A stretch of 64,000 bases of DNA, taken from contig CAWAWS010000002.1 of NCBI GenBank assembly GCA_963785725.1, positions 32,001 through 96,000 on the forward strand, written 5' to 3'. The position numbers and the translations under genes are program-made. The stretch comes from an uncultured delta proteobacterium. Its GTDB lineage: Bacteria; Myxococcota_A; Polyangia; Palsa-1104. A model generated the notes under the pieces. It was not told where the DNA came from, did no database searches, and worked only from the letters and a program-made list of their open reading frames with translations. Position 1 is the stretch's first letter, and the number at the start of each line of letters is the position of its first letter. Shown one piece after another: positions 50,575-59,840 of the stretch.

Positions 50575-51492
50575 TCAGGCAATGAACTCGACCAAGAGCG
50601 CCCACGGATGCGGTTTCGCGACGCTGCCCTTAGGCTCGATCTGCATGAAACCGCGCCACAATTCACTACCGTGTCGACGAGGGCGGTGAACCTCGTCACA
50701 TTTGGTCTGACCAATCACGAGCACACGCTCAGGTTCGTCGGGAATGTCGTGTGTGGTGATCACACGGATGACGAGGCTGACATCCGTCTGCTGCGTCCAG
50801 GCGGCTTGCAACCGTCGCGTCTGCTCAACCGTCGTGGTGAGGACGGTCAGCGACATCGGGTTTTCGAGCGTCCCGATGTGCCGCAGAATCTCGAAGCGCG
50901 AGCCGTCCTGATGGCGGATTCCGAGGACCAGCCCGTCGGTGTAGCTGAGTCCCCGCGTCGCATGCACGCGCCCGGTTACGCAGAACCGTTCGCCCGCGAC
51001 GCTCGACGGCGACGAGAACACGCGCACCAAATCCGTCGCGCCGAACAATGGAAGCGCACCGTGCTCGGTCTCGATCTGCGGAGCTGCCCCGAGCCGACGC
51101 TCCTCATTGACGTAGGCATCGAGGCTCGAGCGCGGCGGAATGTTCGCGGTCGACTTCGGCATAACGGCGGACGCCGGCGCGAGTTCCTCGACGAGCAGCT
51201 CGCGATAGTCGACATCGAGCGCGGGATGCGACGCGATGCTGCGCACGGTCCGAAGCTGGCTCCATTCGCGCCGTCCCGATTCGAGGTCCATCACCGTCGA
51301 AGGGTCGACACCGACGGCGAACGCCAACGCGCGCACCGATAGCTCGGCGTCCTCGCGCAGCTTCCTCAGCTTTGCGCTGTCGACGCGCAGCCTCTGAACG
51401 CCCGCGGCTTTGCGTCCACGCGCCGTTTTGGTCCGCTTGCCGCTGCGTTTCTTCGTGCTCAAGATGCCCGCATGAAGCCGTAGCAGTTTCAT
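50575..51492 (-). CDS. XRE HTH regulator with unknown C-terminal domain (element A)
   Basis: KLRKLREDAELSVRALAFAVGV...LESGRR; RGLSYTDGLVLGI and KPHPWALLV shared with the element B copy; start uncertain. Confidence 0.75.
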   Translation of the reverse strand: MKLLRLHAGILSTKKRSGKRTKTARGRKAAGVQRLRVDSAKLRKLREDAELSVRALAFAVGVDPSTVMDLESGRREWSQLRTVRSIASHPALDVDYRELLVEELAPASAVMPKSTANIPPRSSLDAYVNEERRLGAAPQIETEHGALPLFGATDLVRVFSSPSSVAGERFCVTGRVHATRGLSYTDGLVLGIRHQDGSRFEILRHIGTLENPMSLTVLTTTVEQTRRLQAAWTQQTDVSLVIRVITTHDIPDEPERVLVIGQTKCDEVHRPRRHGSELWRGFMQIEPKGSVAKPHPWALLVEFIA

Positions 51493-51611
51493 ACAGTTGT
51501 GGCAATTGCACGGTTCACGAACCCGTACAGATCCGTACGCCGATGCCTCCACAGGCACACAGCGAATTTCGCGCGATCGCCTATACCGGAACGACTCCGA
51601 GGAGCGTGCCG

Positions 51612-52223
51612 ATGAGCGATGTCGATCCCAATTCCACGAGTTCCCGAACCTATCCGTTGGCCTTTGACGCGAACGGCGAGCCGCTCGACGTGCCGTCACA
51701 TGCCGTCGCTTGGCGCGTGCGCAAGCTAGCGAAAAAGGCTGGTCGGCCCAAGGTCATCTTCGACGCCGAGACGGGCCGTCCGATGGAGCTACCGCTCGCC
51801 GCCAGTTTCGACGACTTCGCGGCCCACGTCGACGAGCAGGGCCGCTATCGCATCGAAGCCGTCGATGCCCAAGGGCGCTTCATTCCCGGCTGCGTCGCGG
51901 TTACCGAGCTGGCGTTCGGCGAGAAGGACGACGACGAGGTCGAGACGAATCAGAAGCCAGCCGACACGCAGCAGCTCATGCAGCTCGTCGCCGAGCTCGT
52001 GAAGACGAACGCGCGCGTCATGGAAGCGATGGCGTCGGCGTTCGGACAGGTTCGCCCGACGGAACATCAGCAGCCGCAGCCGGTGATCGTCGCGTCGCCC
52101 GAGCATGCGAGCAATCCGATGGAATCAATCACGGCGATCCTGCAGATGCTCAAGGGCTGGAACGACCAGCGGCCGACAGGTGGACCCGCAGTCCTGGCGC
52201 AGAATCCGCAGGCGTCCTCGTAA
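51612..52223 (+). CDS. Hypothetical protein
   Basis: GGAG upstream; GRYRIEAVDAQG; codon bias. Confidence 0.7.
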   Translation: MSDVDPNSTSSRTYPLAFDANGEPLDVPSHAVAWRVRKLAKKAGRPKVIFDAETGRPMELPLAASFDDFAAHVDEQGRYRIEAVDAQGRFIPGCVAVTELAFGEKDDDEVETNQKPADTQQLMQLVAELVKTNARVMEAMASAFGQVRPTEHQQPQPVIVASPEHASNPMESITAILQMLKGWNDQRPTGGPAVLAQNPQASS

Positions 52224-52226
52224 CTC

Positions 52227-53372
52227 ATGCCGCGTCAGACGCAGCGGGCGGCGAAGAGAACCGCCACGCGTGGACGTCCGCTCAAGCCGTCCCGTCGTGT
52301 CATGCGCCGTCAGCTCGACGACGAGAGAGACGACGACATCGACGAGCAGTCGGATCAGACGAGGAATTCAAGATCAATCGAGGCGGCGCCGTCGACCGCG
52401 GTCGTCGCCAACACAAAGGAGCCTGAGTCGATGCTGGCGCAGCTGGCCGAGAACGAGATCGTGAAGATAGCAACGCCGCTCGTCGGTGCCGCGGGTGGGG
52501 CGCTCGCTATCACCGTCGCCACCGAGCGTTACGGTGTCAAACGCGAGGTCGCCACGTTTGGTGGGGCGGCGCTCGCGTTGGCGGCTGCGCAGAGCGTGAC
52601 GGGCTTCCCGCGCGACCTACTGCAAGCGGCAGCGACGGCCGGCGTCTGCCTCGGCGTCGTCGAGCTGCTGCAAACGCTGCGGCCCTCGTGGCTCTATCGT
52701 CAGCCGGTCGCGCACGAGCCCGAGCATCGGCAAGCCGCGCCGCCGCCCGATGCGATCACGCGCTCTGATTTGCAACAAGCCATGGCCGAGCTGCTGAAAC
52801 GGAATCAGGCGGATCAAGTCGAGCGCGATAAAGCGCAGGCCGCGCAGCTGCAAGAGGTGCAGTCGTTGGTTCGCGATCTCGTGACGCAGCTGCGCGACGC
52901 ACAGAGTGAGGTCCAGCGCCTGCGCGCGGCCGAGGCCGCCTATCTGCACGAACGCGAGGTCGCTGCGGCAGAAGCCGTCATTGCTCGCAATGCCGCCGCA
53001 TACGATGCATGCTCGTTCGGCGCTGACGAGGCCGCGAGCTTCGAAACGCAGGATGATTCGGCGAATGCCACCATCGATGCGGGCATGGGCTCGGCAGACG
53101 AGCCGGCGACGGCGGCGCCGATCGAAGAGACAGCATCGCCGCCGGTCACGACTCCCGATGGCGTGACAATTCCGCCGGACGTCGTCGATCACTTCGGGGC
53201 GATCTACGCGCTGCTCGATGCGGACGAGCGGCAGCGGTTATCGTCGGTCGTGGCGCAGCTGCCCAAGTCGCAGCTGGCCATGGCTGAAGCGCAGCTCATG
53301 CAGATGGACCCGCAAGCCGCGGTCGACTATCTGCGCACGACGCTGTTTCCCTCGCTCGGGTTGCCGTCGTGA
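52227..53372 (+). CDS. Hypothetical protein with Gly/Ala hydrophobic helices and coiled coil
   Basis: Basic N-terminus, three apolar segments, Q-rich coiled coil; stop overlaps the next GTG. Confidence 0.7.
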   Translation: MPRQTQRAAKRTATRGRPLKPSRRVMRRQLDDERDDDIDEQSDQTRNSRSIEAAPSTAVVANTKEPESMLAQLAENEIVKIATPLVGAAGGALAITVATERYGVKREVATFGGAALALAAAQSVTGFPRDLLQAAATAGVCLGVVELLQTLRPSWLYRQPVAHEPEHRQAAPPPDAITRSDLQQAMAELLKRNQADQVERDKAQAAQLQEVQSLVRDLVTQLRDAQSEVQRLRAAEAAYLHEREVAAAEAVIARNAAAYDACSFGADEAASFETQDDSANATIDAGMGSADEPATAAPIEETASPPVTTPDGVTIPPDVVDHFGAIYALLDADERQRLSSVVAQLPKSQLAMAEAQLMQMDPQAAVDYLRTTLFPSLGLPS

Positions 53373-53971
53373 AACAGGAGAGTGCGAAACCGGCCGAAGC
53401 TCGCGCGGACCTGCGCGTCTTGGACGACGCCCAGCTCGTCCGCGCGACAATGTCGCACGACCAGGCCGCGTGGCGCGAGCTCATGCGACGTCACTCGAGT
53501 GCGCTCCGTGAGGCGGCGCGCGAGGCGGGCGATGGTCTCAGCGACGCCGACGCCGATGACGTCGTCGCCGACCTCTGGCTGTCGCTCGTCGAGAACGACA
53601 TGCGGCGACTGCGCACCTTCGATCCGTCGCGTGGCGCGGCGTTGCTGTCGTGGCTGACGATTCGGCTGTCGCAGCTCGCCTTCGACCGCGAGCGTCGTCG
53701 CGAGGCTGAGCCGGAGACCGTCACGCTTGATGACGTGAAGCGCGTGCCCGATCCCGGTCCAGCTCCCGAATCGGCCGACCGGACGCTCCTGCGCGTCGAA
53801 GAGGTCGCCCGTCGCTGGGGACTCGATCGCAAGACGGTCTACGGCATGATCGAGCGCGGCGAGATAACCGCCCGCCGCTGCGGCCGTCTTGTGCGAATAC
53901 CACGTAAGGTGATAGAATTATTTGAGTCGCAAGCCAACGTCGCGCCGGAAAGGCATATCAAATGCCGGTGA
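53369..53971 (+). CDS. ECF sigma region-2 domain fused to excisionase-type HTH (element A)
   Basis: DDAQLV...DQAAWRELMRRH...DADDVVADLWLSL...FDPSRG..LSWL; C-terminal LLRVEEVARRWGLDRKTVYGMIERGEI. Confidence 0.82.
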   Translation: MKQESAKPAEARADLRVLDDAQLVRATMSHDQAAWRELMRRHSSALREAAREAGDGLSDADADDVVADLWLSLVENDMRRLRTFDPSRGAALLSWLTIRLSQLAFDRERRREAEPETVTLDDVKRVPDPGPAPESADRTLLRVEEVARRWGLDRKTVYGMIERGEITARRCGRLVRIPRKVIELFESQANVAPERHIKCR

Positions 53972-55197
53972 GACGCAATTCACGCAAGAAGTGGATCTAT
54001 CGGACGATCGTCAAGCTGCGGGACGGGAGCAAAGTGCGGATCTTCGGAACGCCCGAACGCAATACGAGGGAGTCGGCCGAGCAGGCCGAGCGCGATCATA
54101 TCGATCGCGTGCAGAATCCCGTTGCGCTGCCCGTCGAGAAAAGGAAGGTGCCAACTTTCGCAGAATGGTTTTGGGGAGCGAACGCGGACGCCAAAGAGCC
54201 GTCGGGCCGATTCTGGCGCGAGTGGGTCATCGCCGAGAAGAACAAGCCGAGCGAGATGGAAGCGAAGAAATCGATATATACGCATCATCTGAAATCGGCT
54301 TTCGGCAATATGCCGTTAGACGATATCGGCGTGGTGTCCATCGCGCAGTTTCGGGCGAAGCTCGTCGAGGCGAAGAAGTCGGGCAAACGCATCAACAACA
54401 TCCTGGCGGTCTTGTCCAAGGCGCTGCGATATGCGGCGGACGCGGGCGAGATTGCGACGGCGCCGAAAGTCGGGCTGCGGAAGTTGGAGCGGCCCGAAAT
54501 CGAGTATTGGGAGTTCGAGGAGTACGCGCGGATTCTCAGTGCGGCCAGGCGCGAGGGCGAAGAGTGGTATGTCGCCGTCTGCTTGGCGGGCGAAGCTGGA
54601 TTGCGCGTCGGCGAGATTAAGGCGCTGCGTTGGGAGCACCTCGACCTCGTGGCTGGGACGCTGACGGTCAGCGAGCAGACGCGGCACGGCATCACCGGGA
54701 CGCCCAAGGGCGGGCGCCGGCGTGTCGTGCCGATGACTGCCACGCTGATCGCGGCGCTCAGGACGCTGTCGGTCGTGCGCGTCGGCTACGTGGCGCGCAA
54801 TCTCGACGGCTCGCAGCTGACCGATGGACAGACGACGCACGCGATCCGGCGCATCATCCGGCGCGCGGGTCTCGCCGAGCGTGGCTGGCACTCACTGCGC
54901 CACAGCTTCGGGACGCACGCGGCGCTGCTGGGGGTGAACCCCTGGCGGCTGCAGGCGTGGATGGGTCACGGTCGGATCGACGAGACCATGATCTACGTCC
55001 ACGTCGCCAGCGTTCACCATCGGCCGCTACCCGACGCGCTTCGTGCCGCTTCAGGCCAGGACGACCCCGATCGTCGGCTCCTGTTTCTGATGGGCCGGCG
55101 AGCGTCCGTGACATGGACGGACGTGGCATCCGATGCCACGCGCGATCGGCGTGGCACCCACGTGGCACCCGACGGAGAAGCGATCGTGCAGCACTAA
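53962..55197 (+). CDS. Tyrosine recombinase/integrase (element A)
   Basis: GLRVGE, TPKG, HSLRHSFG, MGH, TMIY. Confidence 0.95.
   Translation: MPVRRNSRKKWIYRTIVKLRDGSKVRIFGTPERNTRESAEQAERDHIDRVQNPVALPVEKRKVPTFAEWFWGANADAKEPSGRFWREWVIAEKNKPSEMEAKKSIYTHHLKSAFGNMPLDDIGVVSIAQFRAKLVEAKKSGKRINNILAVLSKALRYAADAGEIATAPKVGLRKLERPEIEYWEFEEYARILSAARREGEEWYVAVCLAGEAGLRVGEIKALRWEHLDLVAGTLTVSEQTRHGITGTPKGGRRRVVPMTATLIAALRTLSVVRVGYVARNLDGSQLTDGQTTHAIRRIIRRAGLAERGWHSLRHSFGTHAALLGVNPWRLQAWMGHGRIDETMIYVHVASVHHRPLPDALRAASGQDDPDRRLLFLMGRRASVTWTDVASDATRDRRGTHVAPDGEAIVQH
55151..55170 (+). repeat. GTGGCACCC x2, putative arm-type sites (right end of element A)
   Basis: 11-bp period doublet matching 31591-31609. Confidence 0.65.
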
Positions 55198-55199
55198 AG

Positions 55200-55231
55200 A
55201 AAAAGGCCCTAAACCTGACGGCTTAGGGCCT
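55200..55231 (-). terminator. Intrinsic terminator of tRNA-Gly
   Basis: AGGCCCTAAACC/GGCTTAGGGCCT stem followed by a U-run on the minus strand. Confidence 0.7.
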
Positions 55232-55238
55232 AAATATC

Positions 55239-55313
55239 TGGAGCGGGAGACGGGACTTGAACCCGCGACGTCCACCTTGGCAAGGTGGCACTCTACCACT
55301 GAGTTACTCCCGC
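55239..55313 (-). tRNA. tRNA-Gly(GCC)
   Basis: GCGGGAGTAACTCAGTGGTAGAGTGCCACCTTGCCAAGGTGGACGTCGCGGGTTCAAGTCCCGTCTCCCGCTCCA cloverleaf with encoded CCA. Confidence 0.97.
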
Positions 55314-55467
55314 AAATTGTCAGCGAACTGCTTGGAACGGGTGAAGTTCTAGTCCGGGGCCCCTTGGGTGTCAAGCAATTTTGCCGCGCCTTTTTCCACC
55401 GTTCACACCCTCGCGAATTCACCCCGCCGCGCCCGCTTTCGCCCCCGCGTCCACCGCCAACGCCGCG

Positions 55468-55533
55468 GCGAACGGCCCGCCAATCGAACCCTCCGCCACC
55501 GCGAACGGCCCGCCAATCGAACCGTCCGCCACC
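55468..55533 (+). repeat. 33-bp tandem duplication
   Basis: GCGAACGGCCCGCCAATCGAACC(C/G)TCCGCCACC x2. Confidence 0.8.
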
Positions 55534-55588
55534 GCCACCGCTATCGCCCGCCGCCGCCACGTCCGCACCGCGCGTTCACCAACGCCAC

Positions 55589-56290
55589 CTACGCCGGCAA
55601 GTCGAACAGCAGCAGCTCGCCGCCCTCTTGCGACGTCAGCGTGACCGCCTCCTCCCGCTCGATCGCCACGCCGTCTCCCGCCGCCACGCGCTGCCCGTTC
55701 ACCTCCGCCACGCCCTTGACGACGTGCAGCCACCCCTTCCGCCCGGCCGCGAACCCGTGCCTGACACTCGCGCCATCCGCCAACAGCGTCGCGTACAGCC
55801 GCGCGTCCTGCTGAATCCGCACCGACCCGTCGGCGCCGTCCGGCGAGCCGACCAGGCGCAGCTTGCCGCGCTTGTCGTCGTCGCTGAAGAACTTCTGCTC
55901 GTAACCCGACGGCAGCCCACTCTTCGACGGCATGATCCAGATCTGCAGGAAATGCACCGGCTCCGTCTTCGACGCGTTGTACTCCGCGTGCGTCACGCCC
56001 GGCCCGGCGCTCATGCGCTGCACGTCGCCCGGCTTGATGACCGAGCCGTTGCCGATGTTGTCCTTGTGCGACAGCGCGCCCTCGATGACGTACGAAATGA
56101 TCTCCATGTCGCGGTGTCCATGCGGCGGAAAGCCACCGCCGCCGGCGACGGTATCGTCGTTGATGACGCGCAGCGGCCCGAAGCCCATGTGCCGCGGATC
56201 GTGATAGTCCGCGAACGAAAAGGTGTGATGCGAATCGAGCCAGCCGTGATTGGCGTGCCCGCGATCGTCGGCTTTGCGAATGGTCAACAT
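55589..56290 (-). CDS. yhhW: Pirin-family protein (YhhW-like)
   Basis: GWLDSHHTFSFADY, GFPPHGHRDMEIISYV, HFLQIWI. Confidence 0.92.
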   Translation of the reverse strand: MLTIRKADDRGHANHGWLDSHHTFSFADYHDPRHMGFGPLRVINDDTVAGGGGFPPHGHRDMEIISYVIEGALSHKDNIGNGSVIKPGDVQRMSAGPGVTHAEYNASKTEPVHFLQIWIMPSKSGLPSGYEQKFFSDDDKRGKLRLVGSPDGADGSVRIQQDARLYATLLADGASVRHGFAAGRKGWLHVVKGVAEVNGQRVAAGDGVAIEREEAVTLTSQEGGELLLFDLPA

Positions 56291-56432
56291 GGGGTTCTCC
56301 TCCCAAGAAAGTGTGTCGTTTCGAGGCGCCTTTTGCTGCCGCCCTTCGTGAGACACAACATGCGATTGTTCTGCCTGTCGCACTAGATCCGTAATCCTGG
56401 AATCACTGTCCTACCCATGGAACAATGGCGCC

Positions 56433-57390
56433 ATGGATCTGAATGAGCTGCTCGTCTTTACGCGCGTCGTGCAGTCGGGCAGCTTCACCGCCGCCGCCAA
56501 GCAGCTCGACATGCCGAAGTCGAGCGTCAGCCGCAAAGTCTCCGAGCTCGAGGACCGCATCGGCGCCCGCCTCCTGCAGCGTACGACGCGTCAGCTCGGC
56601 CTCACCGACGCCGGCCGCATCTACTTCGAATACAGCGCGCGCATCGTGGCGCAGATCGAAGAGGCCGACCAAGCGGTCAACCGCATGCAGTCGACGCCGC
56701 GCGGCCTCTTGCGCGTGACGGCGCCGCTTGTCATTCGCGATGCTGGGTCCGATCGTGGCCGAGTTCCTCGAGCGCAACAGCGACGTGCAGGTCGAGCTCA
56801 TGTGCACCGATCGCGCGGTCGACCTCATCGAAGAGGGCTTCGACCTGGCCATTCGCGCGGGCAAGCTGGAGGATTCGACGCTGGTCGCGCGCAACTTGGG
56901 CGCGCTCAAGCGCGTGCTCGTCGCCGCACCCGGCTACTGCAAGCGACACGGCACGCCCAAAGCGCCCGCCGATCTGGCGACGCACGCCTGCATCACCTTC
57001 GGCGCCGGCGCCCAACCCAACGTCTGGACGCTCTACGACGGCGATCGTCCCGTCGACGTGCGCGTCACGTCGCGGCTCGTCGTCAACGACTTCGACATGA
57101 TGGGCGACGCCGCGCGCGCCGCGCTGGGCATCGCGTACATGCCGGAATACGTGTGCGCGCACGATCTGGCCGCCGGCCGCTTGCGCCACGTCCTGCCGCG
57201 CTGGTGCTCGGCGGAGGCGCCGGTGCAAGCGCTCTATCCGACGGCGCGCCACCTCTCGCCGAAGGTGGCGACGTTCCTCGACCTCGTGCGCGAGCGCTTC
57301 AGCCTGAAATTGCCGCGCCGCCCGCAGCCGCCGACGGCGACGACGCGCACGCCAAAGCGGGGAGCCTCGAAGAGGCGCGAAAAACACTGA
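56433..57390 (+). CDS. LysR-family regulator (frameshift near 56730)
   Basis: GSFTAAAKQL...LLQRTTR HTH; substrate domain DLIEEGFDLAIR continues in the next frame. Confidence 0.88.
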
Positions 57391-57436
57391 AGTGGATGGT
57401 TGAGCGAAAGAACGCAGCCGCGAAGGCGCGAACGGG

Positions 57437-59446
57437 TCAGGCCGCTTTTTTCGGCTTTTCGCGCACGCGCAGCGGAATGACGGTCATCGGCAACCCCTTC
57501 CACTGCAGCCGCCGCTCGACCTGATACGCCGTCTCGTTGTGCAAGATCCGCTGCGTCCACGTCTCGCGCTTCCACATCAGCTTGCCGGCAAAGAACATGA
57601 CGCGCGGAAACTTCGTCGACAGATCGAGACAGACGCGCGTGATCTCGTCGGCGGGATCGATGCCGACGCCCGTCGCCGACGTCGCGTTCCAGCCGAGCCG
57701 CCGCGCCAACGCGACATACTTCGCCAGGTTCGTCTCGACGTTCTCTTGCAGCGCGCGAATCTCCTCGGCGCCCTTGAACGTGCCCGAGTCGACGACGGCC
57801 ACCGACACGAAGACGATGTTGTTGAAGTAGTTGGGGACCATCTTGTGGATGGCGAGCATCGAGTGGATGCCGAGGCCGCCGTATTGACCGACGAGCAAGG
57901 CCGCCGTCGGCTGGCGCGGATCGGGCTCGCCGCCGGCGTGGTCGACGCTCGGCAGATCCTCGAACTCGGCGTTGAGCTCGATGAGCCGGCGCGACACGCT
58001 GCGATAATGGCGGCGCACGTTGATGCAGATCGCGATGGCGACGCCGGTGATGACGATGGTGAGCCACGCGCCCTGGCTGAACTTCTCGATGACGGTGACG
58101 GTCAAGATGCCGGCGCACAAGACGGCGCCGATGACGTGGATGAAGATCTTGCGCCACCAGCCGGGATGTTTCGCCCGATGCTGGAACCAAAAGCGCGTCA
58201 TGCCGACGTTCGACAGCGTGAAGCCGACGAAGACGTTGATGGCGTACATGACGACGAGCGCGTCCACTTTGCCGCCCATGGCGACGAGCACGGCGATGGC
58301 GCCGAGGCCCATCAGCACGACGCCGTCCTTCGTCGTCAGGCGATCCGAGAGCGAGGCGAAGCGATGCGGTAGCCAGGAGTCGACGGCCATGTTGGCCATG
58401 ACGCGCGGGCCGTCGATGAAGCCGGTCTGCGCGGCGACGAAGAGCAGCGCGCCCTCGGACGCCAGCGTCGCGTAGACGAACCACTTGCCGACGGCGAGAC
58501 CGCCGAGGTGCCACTCGCCGGCGAAGGCGTTGACGAGCACGGCGTTGAGCGTCTGCCCTTCGACGGGATGCACGGCGAAGAGCAGGTAGCAGACCATGAT
58601 GCCCGTCGCCGTGAACGCCAGCGAGACGGCCATGTAGACCATCGTCCGCTTGCCGGTCTCGACGCGCGGCTCGCGCATGATCTGCAGGCCGTTGGACACC
58701 GCTTCGATGCCGGTGTACGTGCCGCCGCCCATCGAATAGGCGCGCAAGAACACCAGCAACAGGCCGCCGACACCGAGCGTGGCCACGCCTTCGTGCACGC
58801 CCGTCGACACGCCGTGGATGAGCTCGGGCGCGCGGCCGCCGTGCTGCATGAGGCCGCCGATGATGAGCACGAGATGCGTGATGCAGAAGATGAGGAAGAT
58901 CGGAATCAGCGCCTTGACCGACTCCTTGACGCCGCGCAGGTTGAGGACGATGAGCGCCACCAGCACGAAGATCTCGACCGGCAGCTTGGCGCCTTGGAAG
59001 CGCTCGAGCCCGCCCATGCTGAAGACGGCGTCGCCGCCCGAGGCGATCGACACGGTGACGGTGAGGACATAGTCGACGAGCAGCGCACAGCCGGAGATGA
59101 CGCCGGCGTGGCTGCCGAGGAGCTTGGTGGCCACGACGTAGCCGCCGCCGCCCGTCGGAAACTGCTCGATGACGCGGCTATAGGCCCAGCTGATGATGAA
59201 GACCGTGAAGCACGTCGCGAGCGCCAAGAAGACGGCGAGGTAGGTGTGCTGGCCGAGCGCGCGGAACGACTCGTCGGGGCCGTACGAAGACGATGACAGC
59301 CCGTCCGCGCCCAGGCCAATCCAGGCCAAGAACGGGATGAGCGCCATCTTGTGGAAGATGCCGGGGTCCTGCACGCTGCGCGGCGCACCGAAGACGGCGC
59401 GGCGGACGCGGCCCAAGGCGCTTTTGGGAAGCTTGTCGCTGGTCAT
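57437..59446 (-). CDS. APC-superfamily transporter, KimA/YdaO-like K+ importer
   Basis: LGADGLSSSSYG, GGGGYVVA, YTGIEAVSNG, cytoplasmic C-terminal LHNETA; riboswitch upstream. Confidence 0.85.
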   Translation of the reverse strand: MTSDKLPKSALGRVRRAVFGAPRSVQDPGIFHKMALIPFLAWIGLGADGLSSSSYGPDESFRALGQHTYLAVFLALATCFTVFIISWAYSRVIEQFPTGGGGYVVATKLLGSHAGVISGCALLVDYVLTVTVSIASGGDAVFSMGGLERFQGAKLPVEIFVLVALIVLNLRGVKESVKALIPIFLIFCITHLVLIIGGLMQHGGRAPELIHGVSTGVHEGVATLGVGGLLLVFLRAYSMGGGTYTGIEAVSNGLQIMREPRVETGKRTMVYMAVSLAFTATGIMVCYLLFAVHPVEGQTLNAVLVNAFAGEWHLGGLAVGKWFVYATLASEGALLFVAAQTGFIDGPRVMANMAVDSWLPHRFASLSDRLTTKDGVVLMGLGAIAVLVAMGGKVDALVVMYAINVFVGFTLSNVGMTRFWFQHRAKHPGWWRKIFIHVIGAVLCAGILTVTVIEKFSQGAWLTIVITGVAIAICINVRRHYRSVSRRLIELNAEFEDLPSVDHAGGEPDPRQPTAALLVGQYGGLGIHSMLAIHKMVPNYFNNIVFVSVAVVDSGTFKGAEEIRALQENVETNLAKYVALARRLGWNATSATGVGIDPADEITRVCLDLSTKFPRVMFFAGKLMWKRETWTQRILHNETAYQVERRLQWKGLPMTVIPLRVREKPKKAA

Positions 59447-59478
59447 GACGCTCCATGAGGCGCGCCGTTCCCGCGCGT

Positions 59479-59610
59479 CCTTCCGAAGCCGGCGAGGTTA
59501 GCTGACGGGCTGGGAGGGGAAGGTCTCCCGCGCTCGACGCGCTTTGCCCCGACTACCTGGGTCCCCCGCTCGTTCGCGTCTGACGTCCGCGCGCGATTAG
59601 GCTTAGCGCG
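59479..59610 (-). ncRNA. c-di-AMP (ydaO-yuaA) riboswitch
   Basis: Minus strand reads GGGGGACCCA...GGGGCAAAGC...CCCAGCCCGTCAGCTAACCTCGCCGGC...GGAAGG, matching the recalled consensus blocks. Confidence 0.8.
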
Positions 59611-59840
59611 CAAGATGCAATTGACGCGCGGCGCTGTCAAGGCGACGACGACGATTTGCCCGTCGCTGAGCGCGCAAACATTGCATCCTGCAATGGCGAC
59701 TGGAGTTGGCGCGTTGCAAGCTGCAATACGACTCGATTGAGCAGCGGATTTGACGTTGCAAGGTCAGGCGCGGACCGTGCGGCTACAGCTCGGACATGAC
59801 TGTCGCGGTCGCCGGTCGCGACCGCTGAAAGACGACGCGG

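Larger units (their letters stand above)
31426..55265. mobile_element. Integrative element A (~23.8 kb) inserted at tRNA-Gly(GCC)
   Basis: 27-bp direct repeats at both ends, integrase next to the tRNA, GTGGCACC doublets inside both ends, lower-GC cargo. Confidence 0.9.

Noticed and set aside
31426..55265. Prophage or ICE
   Set aside because: No recognisable capsid, terminase, tail, relaxase or type IV secretion genes.
55468..55533. Possible CRISPR array
   Set aside because: Only two adjacent 33-bp units, with no spacers and no cas genes.
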